A stretch of 64,000 nucleotides of DNA from the human T2T-CHM13v2.0 reference genome, Homo sapiens. Both the position numbers and the translations under genes were made by a program. Location: the NCBI RefSeq assembly GCF_009914755.1, contig NC_060941.1; one strand, given 5' to 3'. This document shows, piece by piece, positions 1 to 12,389 of this stretch (positions are counted from its first letter, which is position 1; every line of letters starts with the position of its first letter). The notes below the pieces were generated by a model that saw only the letters and a list, made by a program, of their open reading frames with translations, had not been told where the DNA came from and searched no databases.

Positions 1-141
1 GCACACAAATTACCTGGGATCTTGTTTAAATGCAGACGTTGATTCAGGAGGTCTGGAGTGGCACCTGAGACTCTGCATTTCTAATAACATTTCAAGTGAT
101 GCGGAAGCTGCCAGGCATGGACCACACTTTGAGTAGCAAGA
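1..141. mobile_element. MER5B-like hAT-Charlie MITE (runs off window start)
   Basis: Contains ttacctgggatcttgtttaaatgcaga and ctgcatttctaataac, ending ggaccacactttgagtagcaag, which matches the recalled MER5B terminus. Confidence 0.8.
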
Positions 142-174
142 GACTGGACCCTAGTACTACCATTCTGAGCAAGG

Positions 175-660
175 TGTACCCCTGCCTGCTTGGAGTTCAG
201 AGTCTAATGGGAGATAAGAAAAGAATCATACACTCAGGGAGTGATAGTGTCGCTCATAGTGGCAGGGAGGCACAGGGTGTTATGGAAGTGAGAGGAGAGA
301 CACCTAGTCTGAACTTCAGAAATCTTGGAGGGCTTCCCGGGAAAAGAAAGCATGTGGAGGAAACAGTCAGGTCAAGACAAGATGGACGAGGTGGGACAGA
401 AGATGGCATTGCAGAGAGAACAACCTATGGGGAGGCCTTCACTCCAGTGGATGGGCTGACTGAGTTCATCATACCAGACTGAAGAGCTACAGAGTGAGGA
501 GTTGGGGAGGAGGCTGCAGAGGCGGGCAGGGGCCATGTCAGGAAGGACCTTGAAGCCACACATCTGAGCTGGATTCAGTGGGTGACAGGGAGACTTTGAA
601 GGATTTTAAGCAAAGAAGGGACATGGTCAGATTGAAGGTTTAGAAAGCTGCCTCTGCCTG
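175..660 (-). mobile_element. L2 LINE fragment
   Basis: ccctgcctgcttggagttcagagtctaatggg and gaaggattttaagcaaagaagggacatggtcagatt are typical antisense L2 motifs. Confidence 0.7.
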
Positions 661-1587
661 CTGTGAAGAGAAGGGCCCTCCAGGCTCACCCCAGGCTGAA
701 CCACTGCAAGCAGAGAAGGCCACGTCCTGCTGCACGTTCCCCTCCTTCCCAGCGTCCTTACTCCCCCCTGCCCCCACCACCACCCAGAACACTCCTTCCA
801 GCCCAGGATGTCATTAAGCTGGTAACCAAATACAACACAAGAGCCTCAAATGCCACTTCCCACCCCCATTAAGCATTCAAGGTGTCAGAAGCCCAGCCGG
901 GTCTTAGGAAGGAACAGAAAAAGAAGCACCAGTCCTTTCAATAACACGCTCCTGTCCTGGACATCCCAAATTCAGAAGCATAAAAGTCAAAAAGAAGACC
1001 CTGGGCCTCAAAGAGCCCTTCCATCCACTGCATGGAGGTACCTGAGATTTGCTGCTGGGATTGAAGAAGAGGCAGAATTTAGGGCAAGGAGGTGATGGTT
1101 CTACCATCCTTGTGAAACATCCAGAACTTGGACAACCAAGGACACCTGAGACCCTTCTGGAAGGCCTAAGCTGCTGCAGAGGACACTTATCTTGGGTACC
1201 TGGAACATCTCAGCTGGGAGAGGAGAAGCAGCTGCCTCTTGGGGTTAGAGTTTACCTCTGAAGCGTCCCACTTCCTGCAGTTGCTCTTAATATAGAGATT
1301 ATCAGACAAGGGAGGGCTGGGTTTGAGTCTTGCATCTGCTTGAGATTTGTCATGTCACCTGTATGAGCTAGCAGTTTGAGCTAGATGATCTTAATATAGA
1401 CACACCCATCTCTCGGAGTCTGAAACTTCTCAGCTCCTTAGACCCTACATGCCTTGTCCCATGGTCCAAACACATCTCTTGCCCTTTTGCACTAACTGTC
1501 CTGGTTGTGACCTCTGGCCTGAGTCTGTGAGTCTCAGGCCCTGCTTATAGGTCTATGGTCTCTTACTTGGCACTAGAAGTGGTCCAG

Positions 1588-1790
1588 GCAGTGAGAGATA
1601 GTGGCAAGAACACTGGGTTTGAAGTCAGGTGGCTGCTAGATTCCTAGTTCAGCCATTTACCTCTGTCACCATGTTGAATAAGTTCTCAAATTCTTTGATC
1701 CTCAGTTTCCATATCTGTGAAATGGAGATGAGACTTCTATATTCTCCAGTGGTTATGGGCATTCATTGAGAACATGAGAAACTTTAGACA
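1588..1790 (+). mobile_element. MIR SINE
   Basis: tRNA-like head plus core cctcagtttccatatctgtgaaatggag. Confidence 0.8.
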
Positions 1791-1949
1791 GAACTGCAAG
1801 ATGATCATATAATTTCCCAGGAGCCTCTGGTCAGGAAGCTCCTGACCTCTCCCTGGAAGCATGACAGGTGGGCAAGATAGTGCATTTGACTTAAGGCAGC
1901 CTCATCCCAACCCCTAAATTCCCCGTTTGTTTCCTGTACACCTTATCAA

Positions 1950-2155
1950 ATGAAAGAAAGAATATTAGCTTTGGAGTCCAAGACCCCTCTGTTTAAAGCC
2001 CAGCTTTTGTTCTAACCAGGTGACCTTAGACAAGTCACCTTTTCTTCCCAAGTCTGGGCTTCTCATTTGCAAACTTGAAATACCCACTTATGGAACAATT
2101 GTGAGAATTAAATGAGACAATGTCTGCAAAACACCTAGCACACAGTAGACATGCA
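1950..2155 (+). mobile_element. MIR SINE
   Basis: gtgaccttagacaagtcacc ... ttgtgagaattaaatgag ... cctagcacacagtag. Confidence 0.8.
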
Positions 2156-2814
2156 GCAACCCTCCACTCTTTTCCAAGGACAACATAGTTTAAAATATAT
2201 AAACCTTCATTTCCTTTGGAAAGAACACCCCTGGCAGGAATTAAACCCAATGAAAATCAAACACTGATTCTCCCACTCCAATCTCTCTCACCCCTTGTTA
2301 AGGAACGTTCTGCCTCATGTCTGCCTGTGTTCCTCTTCCTGCCCGAGCTCACAGATTCTGTCATCAATCAGCATGTGGTCGGTGGCCCCCATGGTGTGAG
2401 CAAGGCAGGGGATGTGGACAGACTGTGGGATCAAGGAGCTAAAAATCTGTATGGGCTGTGATTCAAACACATGGAAACTAAATTAATGCAATGAGCATCG
2501 CCCCAGGTCCCTGGCACTTCCATTGCAAACAGGCATGTCACAGAGGTGGGGGATGCTCGAGTACCAGAGCAGAGAAGTTCCCTGGAGGCCAGAGAACATC
2601 ACCAAATGTGCAGAATGGGTACCTTGGAATACCAGCCCAGGGGCTCAAAGGTGCCTCACAGGGTGAGCATAAATGAGGCTTGGTTGGGGGGAGTCTCCAT
2701 GGAAGGCAGAAGGACAGGACTTCAAGCTGAGCTGCTCTTGTGTGCAAAGGCCACCAGCCAGCCCTCTTCATCTGCACCCTCAGGTCTGAAGGACAAGTTA
2801 GTATCAAGCTGTGG

Positions 2815-2990
2815 AGAGAAGTTTTCGCAGAAGCAGGTAGATCTGGGTTCAAGTCCCACCTCCAGGCACATCACCTGTGAGGCCCTGGGCAAACTTAGTC
2901 ACCTCTCTGAGCTCCCCTTTCCCCCTGGGCCTAAGGGTGGGAAAACGCCTTGTCTGCCCACCCCTTGGACTGCTGGGAGTATCACAGCAG
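2815..2990 (+). mobile_element. MIR SINE
   Basis: ctgggttcaagtccc (B-box-like) ... ctgggcaaacttagtcacctctctgagc. Confidence 0.65.
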
Positions 2991-3864
2991 GGAAGATTGG
3001 GAACTCACATTATAGCTGAGCCTTTGTGTCTGGAGTGGAGATGCTGGTGGTGATTGTTCGGAAGAGGCTGTGTGGAATCCCTCCTACCCCAGGGTAGGTG
3101 GGGACCTGGTGTTGGGGAGAAGGTGGCAGTGGAGGTGGCAACAGAGTCCAATGTCTTTCTCAGCCTGAGACAAGTACAACTACATATCAGGGTTAGAGCC
3201 ATGGTTCCCAGCAGACAAATGCCACGGGCCCAACCCCTTGCTCTGGGAGCTCCAGTCCTCATGGAGGAAAGATGAGATGATGTTCAGAAATCTCCTGCCT
3301 TTAATGAATAAGCTCTGTATCCACCCAGCTGCCAGTCCCCAAATACCTCTTCCCTTCCACCTTGAAGCCAGAGTCCTTTCTATCCTTCCCAGACTCTGAG
3401 CTCCATTTCTGGCCCCTGGGGTGTCCAGGACTTGGTGGCCTGGCCCAACCCCTCAGAAGCCCCAGCAGTGGTCCTGGAGCAGCCAGGCCCTGCAGCTTCC
3501 ACCTCCTCTCATCCTCCCCTCACCCGCCTTCCCTGAGACCTGTCAGGGGACGCTCAGTGTTTCCTCCTCTCCTCCGCTTGATAATTAAGCGTCCTTGTCC
3601 TCAGTCCCCTTCCTAATCTATTCATTGTGAATCGTTAGTGGATAATTGGACGGAACTGAAGAACCTGGACAGCTCCAAGCTGGACTTGGAGGCCCCTCCC
3701 CACGGGCCGAACAGCCTCCTTCCCTGTGGCTCCAAGCAGAGGTGTCAGCCCAGGTCATTTTCTCTCTGCCATGTTTCCTCTTTCTCTCTGTCACTGTTTA
3801 CGGCTGTGTCTCCCCCTCCTTTCTTCCCGGTTCACAGCAAGACTGTGAGCAGGGACCTGATGTG

Positions 3865-3950
3865 ATCCAGCACTGTGCCCCAATTCCTGGCCCTTTCCTT
3901 GGCTGATACTAGGTGCTCAATAAATATTTGCTCTCTGAATGAATGAATAA
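3865..3950 (+). mobile_element. L2 3' end
   Basis: taggtgctcaataaatatttg...tgaatgaatgaat is the diagnostic L2 tail. Confidence 0.75.
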
Positions 3951-5237
3951 TGGCATTTCCCAAGTAAGTACATCCTATTTCATGGGACGGTTTTCAATTA
4001 AAGAGTTTTCTGGCATCTTTGAACAGGAGTGGTAGTAAAATATTCAACAACCAGCCCTGGAGCAGGAGCCCGGAGGTTCCACTGAAGGAGGGTACTCGGC
4101 AGGAGGTGGTGCTCACAGAGCTCTGGGAAGTAACTACTTAGCAGCCGAGGTGGGAGAATTTCACTATTTTAAAAGGATACTGGTGCATCCTGGCTGCAAG
4201 TCAGACCCAAGCGAATGATTGAATGCAGGCATCACTCTATCTCCTGGTCACCCTGGGTTTTACCTCGGTCTGCCTTGCCCACTCCTTACTCTGCCTCTCT
4301 GCCCTTTTGTAATGGGGTTGGGAGGTTATTTCCCTGAGAAAAACACTGAGGAGCAGCCCCCGGAGTTGATAGGAAAAGAGTGGTCCTACTCAGGCAAGCT
4401 GCAGCTAGGGCTCAGACAGCCACCCAAGAAGAAAGGGCAGAGTGCCCTAGTGCAGCCCCACCCACCAGGCTGCCCCAGATGGAGCCCAGGCAGCCTCAAC
4501 CACCGAACATCCTGTGCCCGTCAACAGAACACAGAGAGACGGACTGGCTGGAGGCAGCCTGCACAACTTCCTAGCCCTAACCATGAGAGCCAGAGCTCTG
4601 GAAGCCTGATCCCATGTTGACCTTGACCTGCTCTGTGGTCTTGAATAAGCTGGCATTAGTTTGGCTAAATGGAAAAATGAGTTCTCTGCTCTATCTCTGA
4701 ACAATTTCTGTCAAGATCAATAAGCCAGAAGCCAAAAAGTCCAATCTTAGGCTTGGTTGCCCAGGACAAGCAGGGAGGTAACCCCATCAGGAGGAACACC
4801 TAGTTCCTCCTGCCCCACCCCCAACTACCACCCTTGGACCAGTCTGCTACAGCAAATCTCTCATTTTTCAATATTGCTTCTTTGATAAGAACAGGTCATA
4901 TATGGGGGAAAAAAAGGTGTTTACAGGCATTATGTTATTGACATTAGCTTCAACATCATCATTCCAACTTTGCAGGGGGAGAAACAAAGGCTCAGGAGGG
5001 CTATGAGGGTGCCCCAAGATTTCACACTAATCATGGACCCAGGTCTGCCTGGCTCCTTCCAAAATACAGAAACCAATGCAAAGGAGAAAAGAGTTTGCTA
5101 TCTATTCAAATTTCCCCATCTTTTCTCTCTCCACCCCCATACACAAAGGGCTTTAATGGGTGCCTTTGCCAGGCTCCAGGCACAATTAGGGGCATTGCCT
5201 TTCTGGCAGCAGAAGTGAGGCTGAAGCAGCCCCCTTA

Positions 5238-5793
5238 GGCTGGGGGATCCAGCTGGGATCAATCCAGCTGAGTTAAGAGATGAATGAATTGGTGGAGTTT
5301 GGGGCCAGTGGCCTGAAGCCCTGGGAAGCTAGTAGTGGCAACAGCAAGGCAGGGTCAGGTCCTCAGAACTAGGAATGAATCCACACACTGATCCCTTTTG
5401 TGATCTCTCTTAAGTTCCATAGGCCAGGATTTGGGGGCATGTGGTACCAAGTGATAGGTACTTGGAGAGATCTCAGTTGACAGCAAGGAGCTGGACCCAG
5501 CCATAGGTAGCATTTTCATCCCTGAAAGACAAACAGAGCCCATCCAGGAGTGCAGGTGCGGGAGAGCCAAACCTCTTGCTGACACTCTGGGCCACTGGGC
5601 AAGAGCCAGGGTGCAAGAGGTCTGAATGGAGCAGGGATCAGTGTGTTCACTCATTCCAGTTCTGAGGACTTGGCCCTGCCATTGCTCCTGCCACTGCTAG
5701 CTTCTCAGGGCCTCAGTCCATTGGCCGCAAAGCTCCACTAATTGGTTCATCTTCTAACTCAGCCAGATTTGCCCCAGCTGGATATCCCAGGCC
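5238..5793. repeat. Long imperfect inverted repeat (arms 5238-5396 and 5633-5793, spacer 236 bp)
   Basis: Hand alignment of arm 1 to the reverse complement of arm 2 gives about 133/162 identical columns (25 mismatches, 4 single-base gaps). Confidence 0.92.
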
Positions 5794-6274
5794 AACAACT
5801 CCTTTCTCGACCTTCCATTTCCTTTGGGTGCCCCTGGCTTGAGTTATGATTGCTCTGGAGTCTGAGGTTTAGTTGAACCCCAGGAAGCTGTGTATGTCAT
5901 TGTAAGGGTACAAAGAGGGCTAGATCACACATTAGAAAGAACAAACACACCCTCACCGGGGTCCAGTCATAGGAATTGTGATTTGCCAGGGAGGTTCTCC
6001 AGCTCAGACTGTCACCCTGCTGCTGTGTCACACTGCTGGGAATCTACCTTCATCCATGCATTCCTTTGAAGCACTTTGAAGATGCCCCTCTTCGTGGGGG
6101 TCCATGCCTTAAACCCTAATTATGATCAGATGAGCTGAACTGCAAACTTGTGGATGAAGCCCAAGGCATGCTGAATGGGAGAAGGATGTCACGGCAGGAA
6201 GCGGAGAGAGGAATCATCAGTAAGGAAGCAAAAGATAGAAATGGGACTGCACGTGGCTTCACTGTTCCTCATGG

Positions 6275-6430
6275 CAACTCTGTGAGGTAGGAATTATTTT
6301 ACTTATTTTAAAGTCAAGAAACAAGAAGTTCAGAAAGGTGAACAGGCTTCCCGAGTTCACAGTCATAAAGATCGTGTTGTCTTTCTCGCATGAACTATCA
6401 CCTGAGAGATTTCTGGTTTTGATTCCTTGC
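6275..6430 (-). mobile_element. MIR SINE
   Basis: caactctgtgaggtagg ... gttcagaaaggtgaac ... ttcacag. Confidence 0.6.
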
Positions 6431-7281
6431 AAGGCCATCGATGTACACAAATCCCCATGTATGGGTTTATTTTTCTTCTGATCTTTTATAGTCTTGCCCA
6501 CCCCTAACTCAACAGCAATTTTTTAGCAACCTTCCCAATGCATTACATTAATTACCATAGAAACATAACTTTTCTGCACTGTTATTTAATTGGCTTATGT
6601 TACAGTTGGTTAAATTACCTGTTTACAGTGACAAGTGCAACTGACATAAACAGGCTTGGGGGCACACACACTGGGAACGCACATGACGTGGGCAAACTGG
6701 GAAAGGGTTGTCTAATAGGCAGACATTCCAAGAGCCCCAGGCTATAGCTGTGTTTGAGTATTTTACAAAGGGAGTAGAGGAATCAGGTCATCTAGTTCAT
6801 CGGTTAAATAAGGTTAGTTCAGAAAGTCTCTCTGAGGCAGGATTTGAATCCTGGTCTGACTCCAAAATTCAGGTTCTTTCCACTATGCACACACCCATAT
6901 TGCAAGCTTAAACCTTTGCCGAGGGCCAGCCCTATGTGGGTCTGAACTCTTAGGGGCTGCTTTTTCAGGCATGTGTAGGTGGTTTACCCCAGCCTTTGGC
7001 TTCCCTTGGCTTCACCCCATAAGCTCTCCAATGGTCTCTCCAAGAAAAGGGTGATTCCAAATGGGGCCCCCTCCATTGAGCCACTCCATGACTCACTGTC
7101 CTCATCTGCTAGTGGGAGAGTTAATACCTACCCACATGTCACCTCAAGGATCAAAGATAGAGAACAGGGCTGGGCACACAGAAAGAGCTTCTCCTCACCA
7201 CATCCTCTCCCAATTTTCTTTAGAGAAACACACATCTGGATTCTCAGAACCAGAGGGAATCTTGGAGAGGAGAATTTATTC

Positions 7282-7530
7282 CAATATTTTCCAAACTGTG
7301 TGGCACAGTCATTCCTTCCTTGGGATAAAAATAAGTGGCTTGAGGAAAACAGGGTCATCAAGGGAGTCTGGGAAACACCTGGTCAGGCTAAGTTGAACAG
7401 GTGTCTGTGCTATGGAGATTTCAGAGCCTGTAATGTGTGTGGGAGCATGAAAAGTTTGTTCTCCCAAATTCTTTCCCCAGGACATGTTACATGAACAGCC
7501 TTCTAAGTAACCCTCTTTGTAAACCCCTGG
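7282..7530. mobile_element. MER113-like hAT-Charlie element
   Basis: ttttccaaactgtgt ... tctgggaaacac...aagttgaacaggt...tcagagcctgtaat resembles recalled MER113. Confidence 0.55.
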
Positions 7531-9544
7531 TCTGGCCTATTCCTCTCATCTTACTGAAGAGTTGAATGAGGCCATGAATGTGGAAGGAATTTGCTCAAGG
7601 GTACCCAGCCTCAGAACTGGAAATACCTTCTCAGTGTTCTCATTCCACGGTGGCTCCCCTCCTCCCCCAGCCCACCTGTGTCTCCCAACTCCCAGCCTCA
7701 TCAGACTTTGAGGATGTGCAAAGAGGAGGACCAGAAGAGCAAACAGGATGATGGGGGCCCCTGCTCAAGCAGCCTCCACAACAGCTGAGGAGTCTCCAGA
7801 AACCAAGAGATTGGGGCAGTGCTTGAGAGACACCTGCTTATACTGGTTCAGCATAATCCCATGGGAAAAAAAGCCCAGACCCACAAGTAGACTCCCCTTG
7901 GGCCTCTGAGCATTTGCTCATCTTGCTTAGAGCTGTCTGTCCCTGGGGCTCTTCTCTCTGCCTGGCCAAAGGTTTTGGAAAGAGAGCTTGTGTCCCTCTC
8001 TGTCTCAGGGAGATTCTGCCCTAGCACCCCTAGTGTTGGTGTTGATATGGAGGGGAGTTGGAGTTGTGTCTGTGTCTATCAGCATTCTTGACATTCTGGT
8101 TGAAGAGAGGAGAAAAGGAGGAAGAGGGCTAAGGTCCTACTCATGGGGTTTTCCTGGCAACGTTGCCTCAGGCCCTGTCTGTCCAACTCCCCACCGGTGG
8201 AGGCAAGAGGTGACCCCCAGCTGGTGCTGGGCAGAATGTCAAGTCAGCAAGGCTAGCGTCAGCTCACCCCTTCACCTGTTCATCTCTGCACATCGAGGAT
8301 GCTACTGCCTCAGCCCTGTCCTCTCCATTCCTGTCTCTGAGCCAAAGCATTTCAGATGGTGCCCTGGGCTTCCTGGCCCCCGACGCCTCACTCCACTCCC
8401 CCCAGGGCCTCTCCCTCTGTGCCAGCATCAAGCTGAAATCAGTGCTCATGAGTGGGCTACAGAGGTTGGTGCCCAAAGCCTCATGCATTCACCCCATGCC
8501 CACCATCCAGGACTTTAGGCCCTATCGCCCTCAGACATTGTCTACCTGGTCCCTGGTACAACACATCTCGCTCCTCCACGACAAGCCTTCCCTTTACAAA
8601 GGATCTGATTGCTGTGGGGTCAGTAGTTGTTATGGCTAAAGTAAAAAGGGTGCATCCTCTGGTGACAGTCCAGCCACTGCTGTCCCATAGGGAACGTTGT
8701 TGGTGGCCGGCCATCCATGTATTCTTGGGAAGGCCCTTCCATTCTTCCTCTTCAAGGAAGCTGCCCCTGCTCCACCTGGCTCAAGCACCCTTCCTGTGCT
8801 CCCAGGTCCCCCCGCCACCTCCGTCACAGCACTAGCCACATTGCTGGAGTTGCTGAGTCTCATCTGCCTTCCTCACTTGAGTGGGATCTCACAGGAGGGG
8901 GATAAGTCTTCTTTATCCTCCCATCCCCAGCTCTTCGTGTGGGGAGCCACAGAGCAGGCTCTTGGTGTCACCCGTGCTGTTGTTGTTTAAACATCTTGAT
9001 CAAGGAAGGAGTGTGTCATTTTTCAAATAATCTCGCAGACAGCTGGGGAGGGTAAAAATAAGTCTCCCCAAAGGGCACAGAGGATGAGGGATGTGCATCA
9101 GGCAGTCCCTGGCAGGCCTGTGGGGGGCACAACACTGGCTAGACGAGCTGGTCCGAGACTTTGAAACTCAATGTTCTGATTCACTTTGGCAACCCCTGGC
9201 TGTTTGTCGTGCCAGGGAAGTTATTGACATTGAAATTGAAATTGAAATTGAGTTAGGAGAGGGGAGGGAGGCCTGCAGGAGCCATGCAAATCAGGGTGAG
9301 AGAGATGGAGACATTCCTATTCTGGGAAGCCCTTTATTATCCCACGTTCCCAGCTTCTGTTTATTCATAACCTGTTGCCATTAATTGGCCTTTCTTCTTT
9401 CTCCAGCTCCAAGGCTGTGGGATAGGGCCTTAAGATCACTTCGTCCAACCTCCCTCCTAATTACAGTTCTGTTTTTGAGCATCTACTATGTGCCAAGCCC
9501 TGTGCAAAGTGCTTTACAAGGGTTATCTACAGAAATCATCACCT

Positions 9545-9790
9545 TAAACATCAGTCCATCTCAACCTTTCCAGTCTTACTCTCCCAGGGCAGGAAACACC
9601 CCGCCAAAGCAGCCCTGACAAGTGGGTGGCCAGCCTATAATTGAACAAGTTCCGTGACAGGGAGATCACTACCTCACCAGCACCCCACTTTGTTTGTTGG
9701 ACAGCCCCATGGTTACAAAGGTTCTTCCTGAGCTGAAATGTGCCTCTTCATCTGTTGTCATGGGTACTGTCCCTTCTCCTGCTACTCCTC
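9545..9790 (-). mobile_element. L3/CR1 LINE 3' fragment
   Basis: ccagcct...gaacaagttccgtgacagggagatcactacctc...ttggacagc...aaggttcttcct matches antisense L3. Confidence 0.7.
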
Positions 9791-11428
9791 CCAGAGCCTC
9801 CATGAGGGACACCACTGTCAGTGGTCATGGGTGCAGACAGACAGTGCTTTGCAGTGGGATGAGCGGTGCTCCAGGCATCCCCCTAGGATTGGGAAGAACT
9901 TGAGTGACCCTGTCTCAAAGAGGACAACCCAACTGTCAGCCCTATGCATGCGCACATGTTCCATCCCCCATATGTGTGCTCCCATCTGTCATTCTCCTTC
10001 ACTCTCATTTGTCACCTCTCTGTCACTCGCACATCATAAAATGGAGCCCAGGTGCAAGAGAGTCAGCTGCAATCAAAGCAATAGGAAGGCAGATTGCTGC
10101 AGACTGACAGACGGACAGGAAGTCAGGCAGGCCTCTGCAGAAACACAGGCAGCAGGCAGGTAACAAACCTGACAGTTTTTTTCCCTGGGACAGATGGACA
10201 GACAGTTGGGGCAGACAGACAGAGCCAGGCCTCGAGCAGGAAGAAAGTCAAGCAGACCTGCAGATGGGCAGCAGACGGTCAGGCCCCTCCGTCTGGGAAA
10301 TGGGCCCTCGCTTTGTGTGCTGAGGTCCCGGGCTGCTCTCCTGGGCTCTGAGCCCCACCTTGGCTGAGAAGTTCTAAGGAGAAGTCTGAGAACAGCTTCT
10401 GTCACATCACAGAGGGGTCAGATTCCCCACTGAGGAGAGCACCCTCAGTCCTTCCTCCTCCCACGCTCTCTACCCTCTTTGGCAGCAGCCTCCATGCCCA
10501 TCGCTGTGGCCTCCTCATCACAAAGCCAGGGAAGGGGCCAGAAAGAGAGTCTGTATCTCCTTCTGGAAGCCTCCACAAACTGATCACTGGAAGCATATTC
10601 TTTAAAAGAGAGGAATTAAAGGAAATGAGAGAGATTATTAAGTATGGTTAGCCCATTTGAGGCAACAGAATGTCAAAGAATTAAAATGATTTACCCAAAG
10701 CCCTTCAGCCAGCCAGGGGCAGAGGTGAGATTTGAACACTGGTGCATGTGACCTTGGAAGTTACAGTCTTCTCTCTGCTCCCAAAGCCATCTCCAGAGGA
10801 CACCCGGACTTCTTCTGGCTCCACGTACTGGGTTCCCTCTGTTTTCTCGGGAGGATGAGGTAGTCATGACAGATGGGGTGATTTATGTTCTGAAGGAAGT
10901 TCCCACTAAAGAAGGCTATGAATTGGTCCAGAAATAGCAGATGATGTCAGCCAGGGCATCCCGCCCTCTCCAGGCCCTTGGCATCATCCTCATGAGACCG
11001 TCACAAGAATTGATGTACCAACAATTACAGAGATTGGATTTGCCCTTTCCTGGCTTGGCCTGCTCAGACGTCATCCCTGGTGTTCAGGGAACACCTGTCT
11101 ATTTGCCCAGCTCCCTCATCATCATGTACGCCCTCGTCCCTTCCCTAAGCCTGGGAAGAGAACATCAAGAGGCAATATTGTATTCCAGCAGCATCACCCA
11201 GCACAGCACAGTTTCCATCCTGAGCCACTCGCCCTAGCCCTCTTTGCACTCCACACTTCCAAACGTGTTGCTAATCTTCTTAGTGCCTAACGTCCTGACT
11301 CTTTTTTTTCACCTATAGCCTCACCTCTGGCTCAAACCCAGTGCTAGGCACTCTAGCCCTTTTGCTTTCTGCATGACCTTGGCTTGGATTCTTCCTCTGG
11401 CTGGGCTGTCGTCGTGTTTAGGATACAG

Positions 11429-11628
11429 GCAGTGATGTGCTGGAGCCGGCCCCTACCAGCTCACAAGGGCCGAGTGTGCACATCTCTTTTATCTCCATGC
11501 TCAGTGGTTTCATGTTAGTGGATTGCAGTTGGTTGTGGTGGGAGCATTTACACCGGAGAAACTGGCAAACCCTACAAATCGGGGCTTTCTGCTTGCAGGG
11601 AGCCAGCTGTTAAAACATTTACCAGCAT
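11429..11628. mobile_element. MER63A hAT-Blackjack MITE
   Basis: cagtgatgtgctggagccggc ... ggtgggagcatttacacc ... tacaaatcggggc ... tgttaaaacatttaccagca. Confidence 0.85.
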
Positions 11629-12389
11629 AAAGGACTCGGTGAAGGACTTGCCCAGCGAAGTCCAGCCACAGGACTCCACACTTCAGCACAACGGTTGACA
11701 GTCCCGATACTTCCTCCAATCCCAGGCTCCAGACAAAACAGCCTGGCCCCGAACTACACATTAAAAAAAACTAAAGCTAAAATAGGATCTAACACAGGTC
11801 ACCTAGTGGGTCAAAGGCAGGGCCGGGCTGTGGTTTGGGACCCTCACTCTGCTGACAAAGGCCTCTCACCCCCTCTCCTCCAGGCTGTGTTCCAAGAAAG
11901 TAGGGGTAATTTCAGGTCAGAAATGGCAGGATCATTCTGGCTTTGATCCTGGTCTGAGCATTTGGGGGGTCCCAGCTGAAATAGTGTAGGGTAAGCCTTG
12001 AGATGGTGGGGAGAGGGAGAGAGGTCCTCTTCTGTCTGGCAACCAGTACCAGGGGGCCTACCCACAGCACCCTCACATCTCTCTGCTGAAGGAACAACTA
12101 GAAAGGACTGGCATTGCCCCTCCCAGTCAAGGCAGTTATTGTGTAATCCAAGAGCAAAAACTAGGGGGGTGGAAGATGGTTGTGGGGACAGTATGGGGCT
12201 GGAGAGGCCCTCATGAGATGCAGGCAGCCCATCGACAGTGTCCTGTGTGGAGAATCTAGCCCATTATAAGGGGTGGTGGCAGAAGATGCACAGATGGAAT
12301 TAAGGTGATGGGAGCTGTGGCAAGATTTGTCTGCCTGACTTGTCACTGCAGCCTGAGAGCAGGATTTGGGCTCCCTGGAGAGCCGGGGA

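Noticed and set aside
4025-4190. Second MER63-like element
   Set aside because: Only short terminal similarity (gtaaaatattcaacaaccagc); too weak to call.
11682-11701. REST/RE1-like sites (also ~32428, ~41531, ~61918)
   Set aside because: Each has several mismatches or wrong spacing relative to TTCAGCACCACGGACAG.
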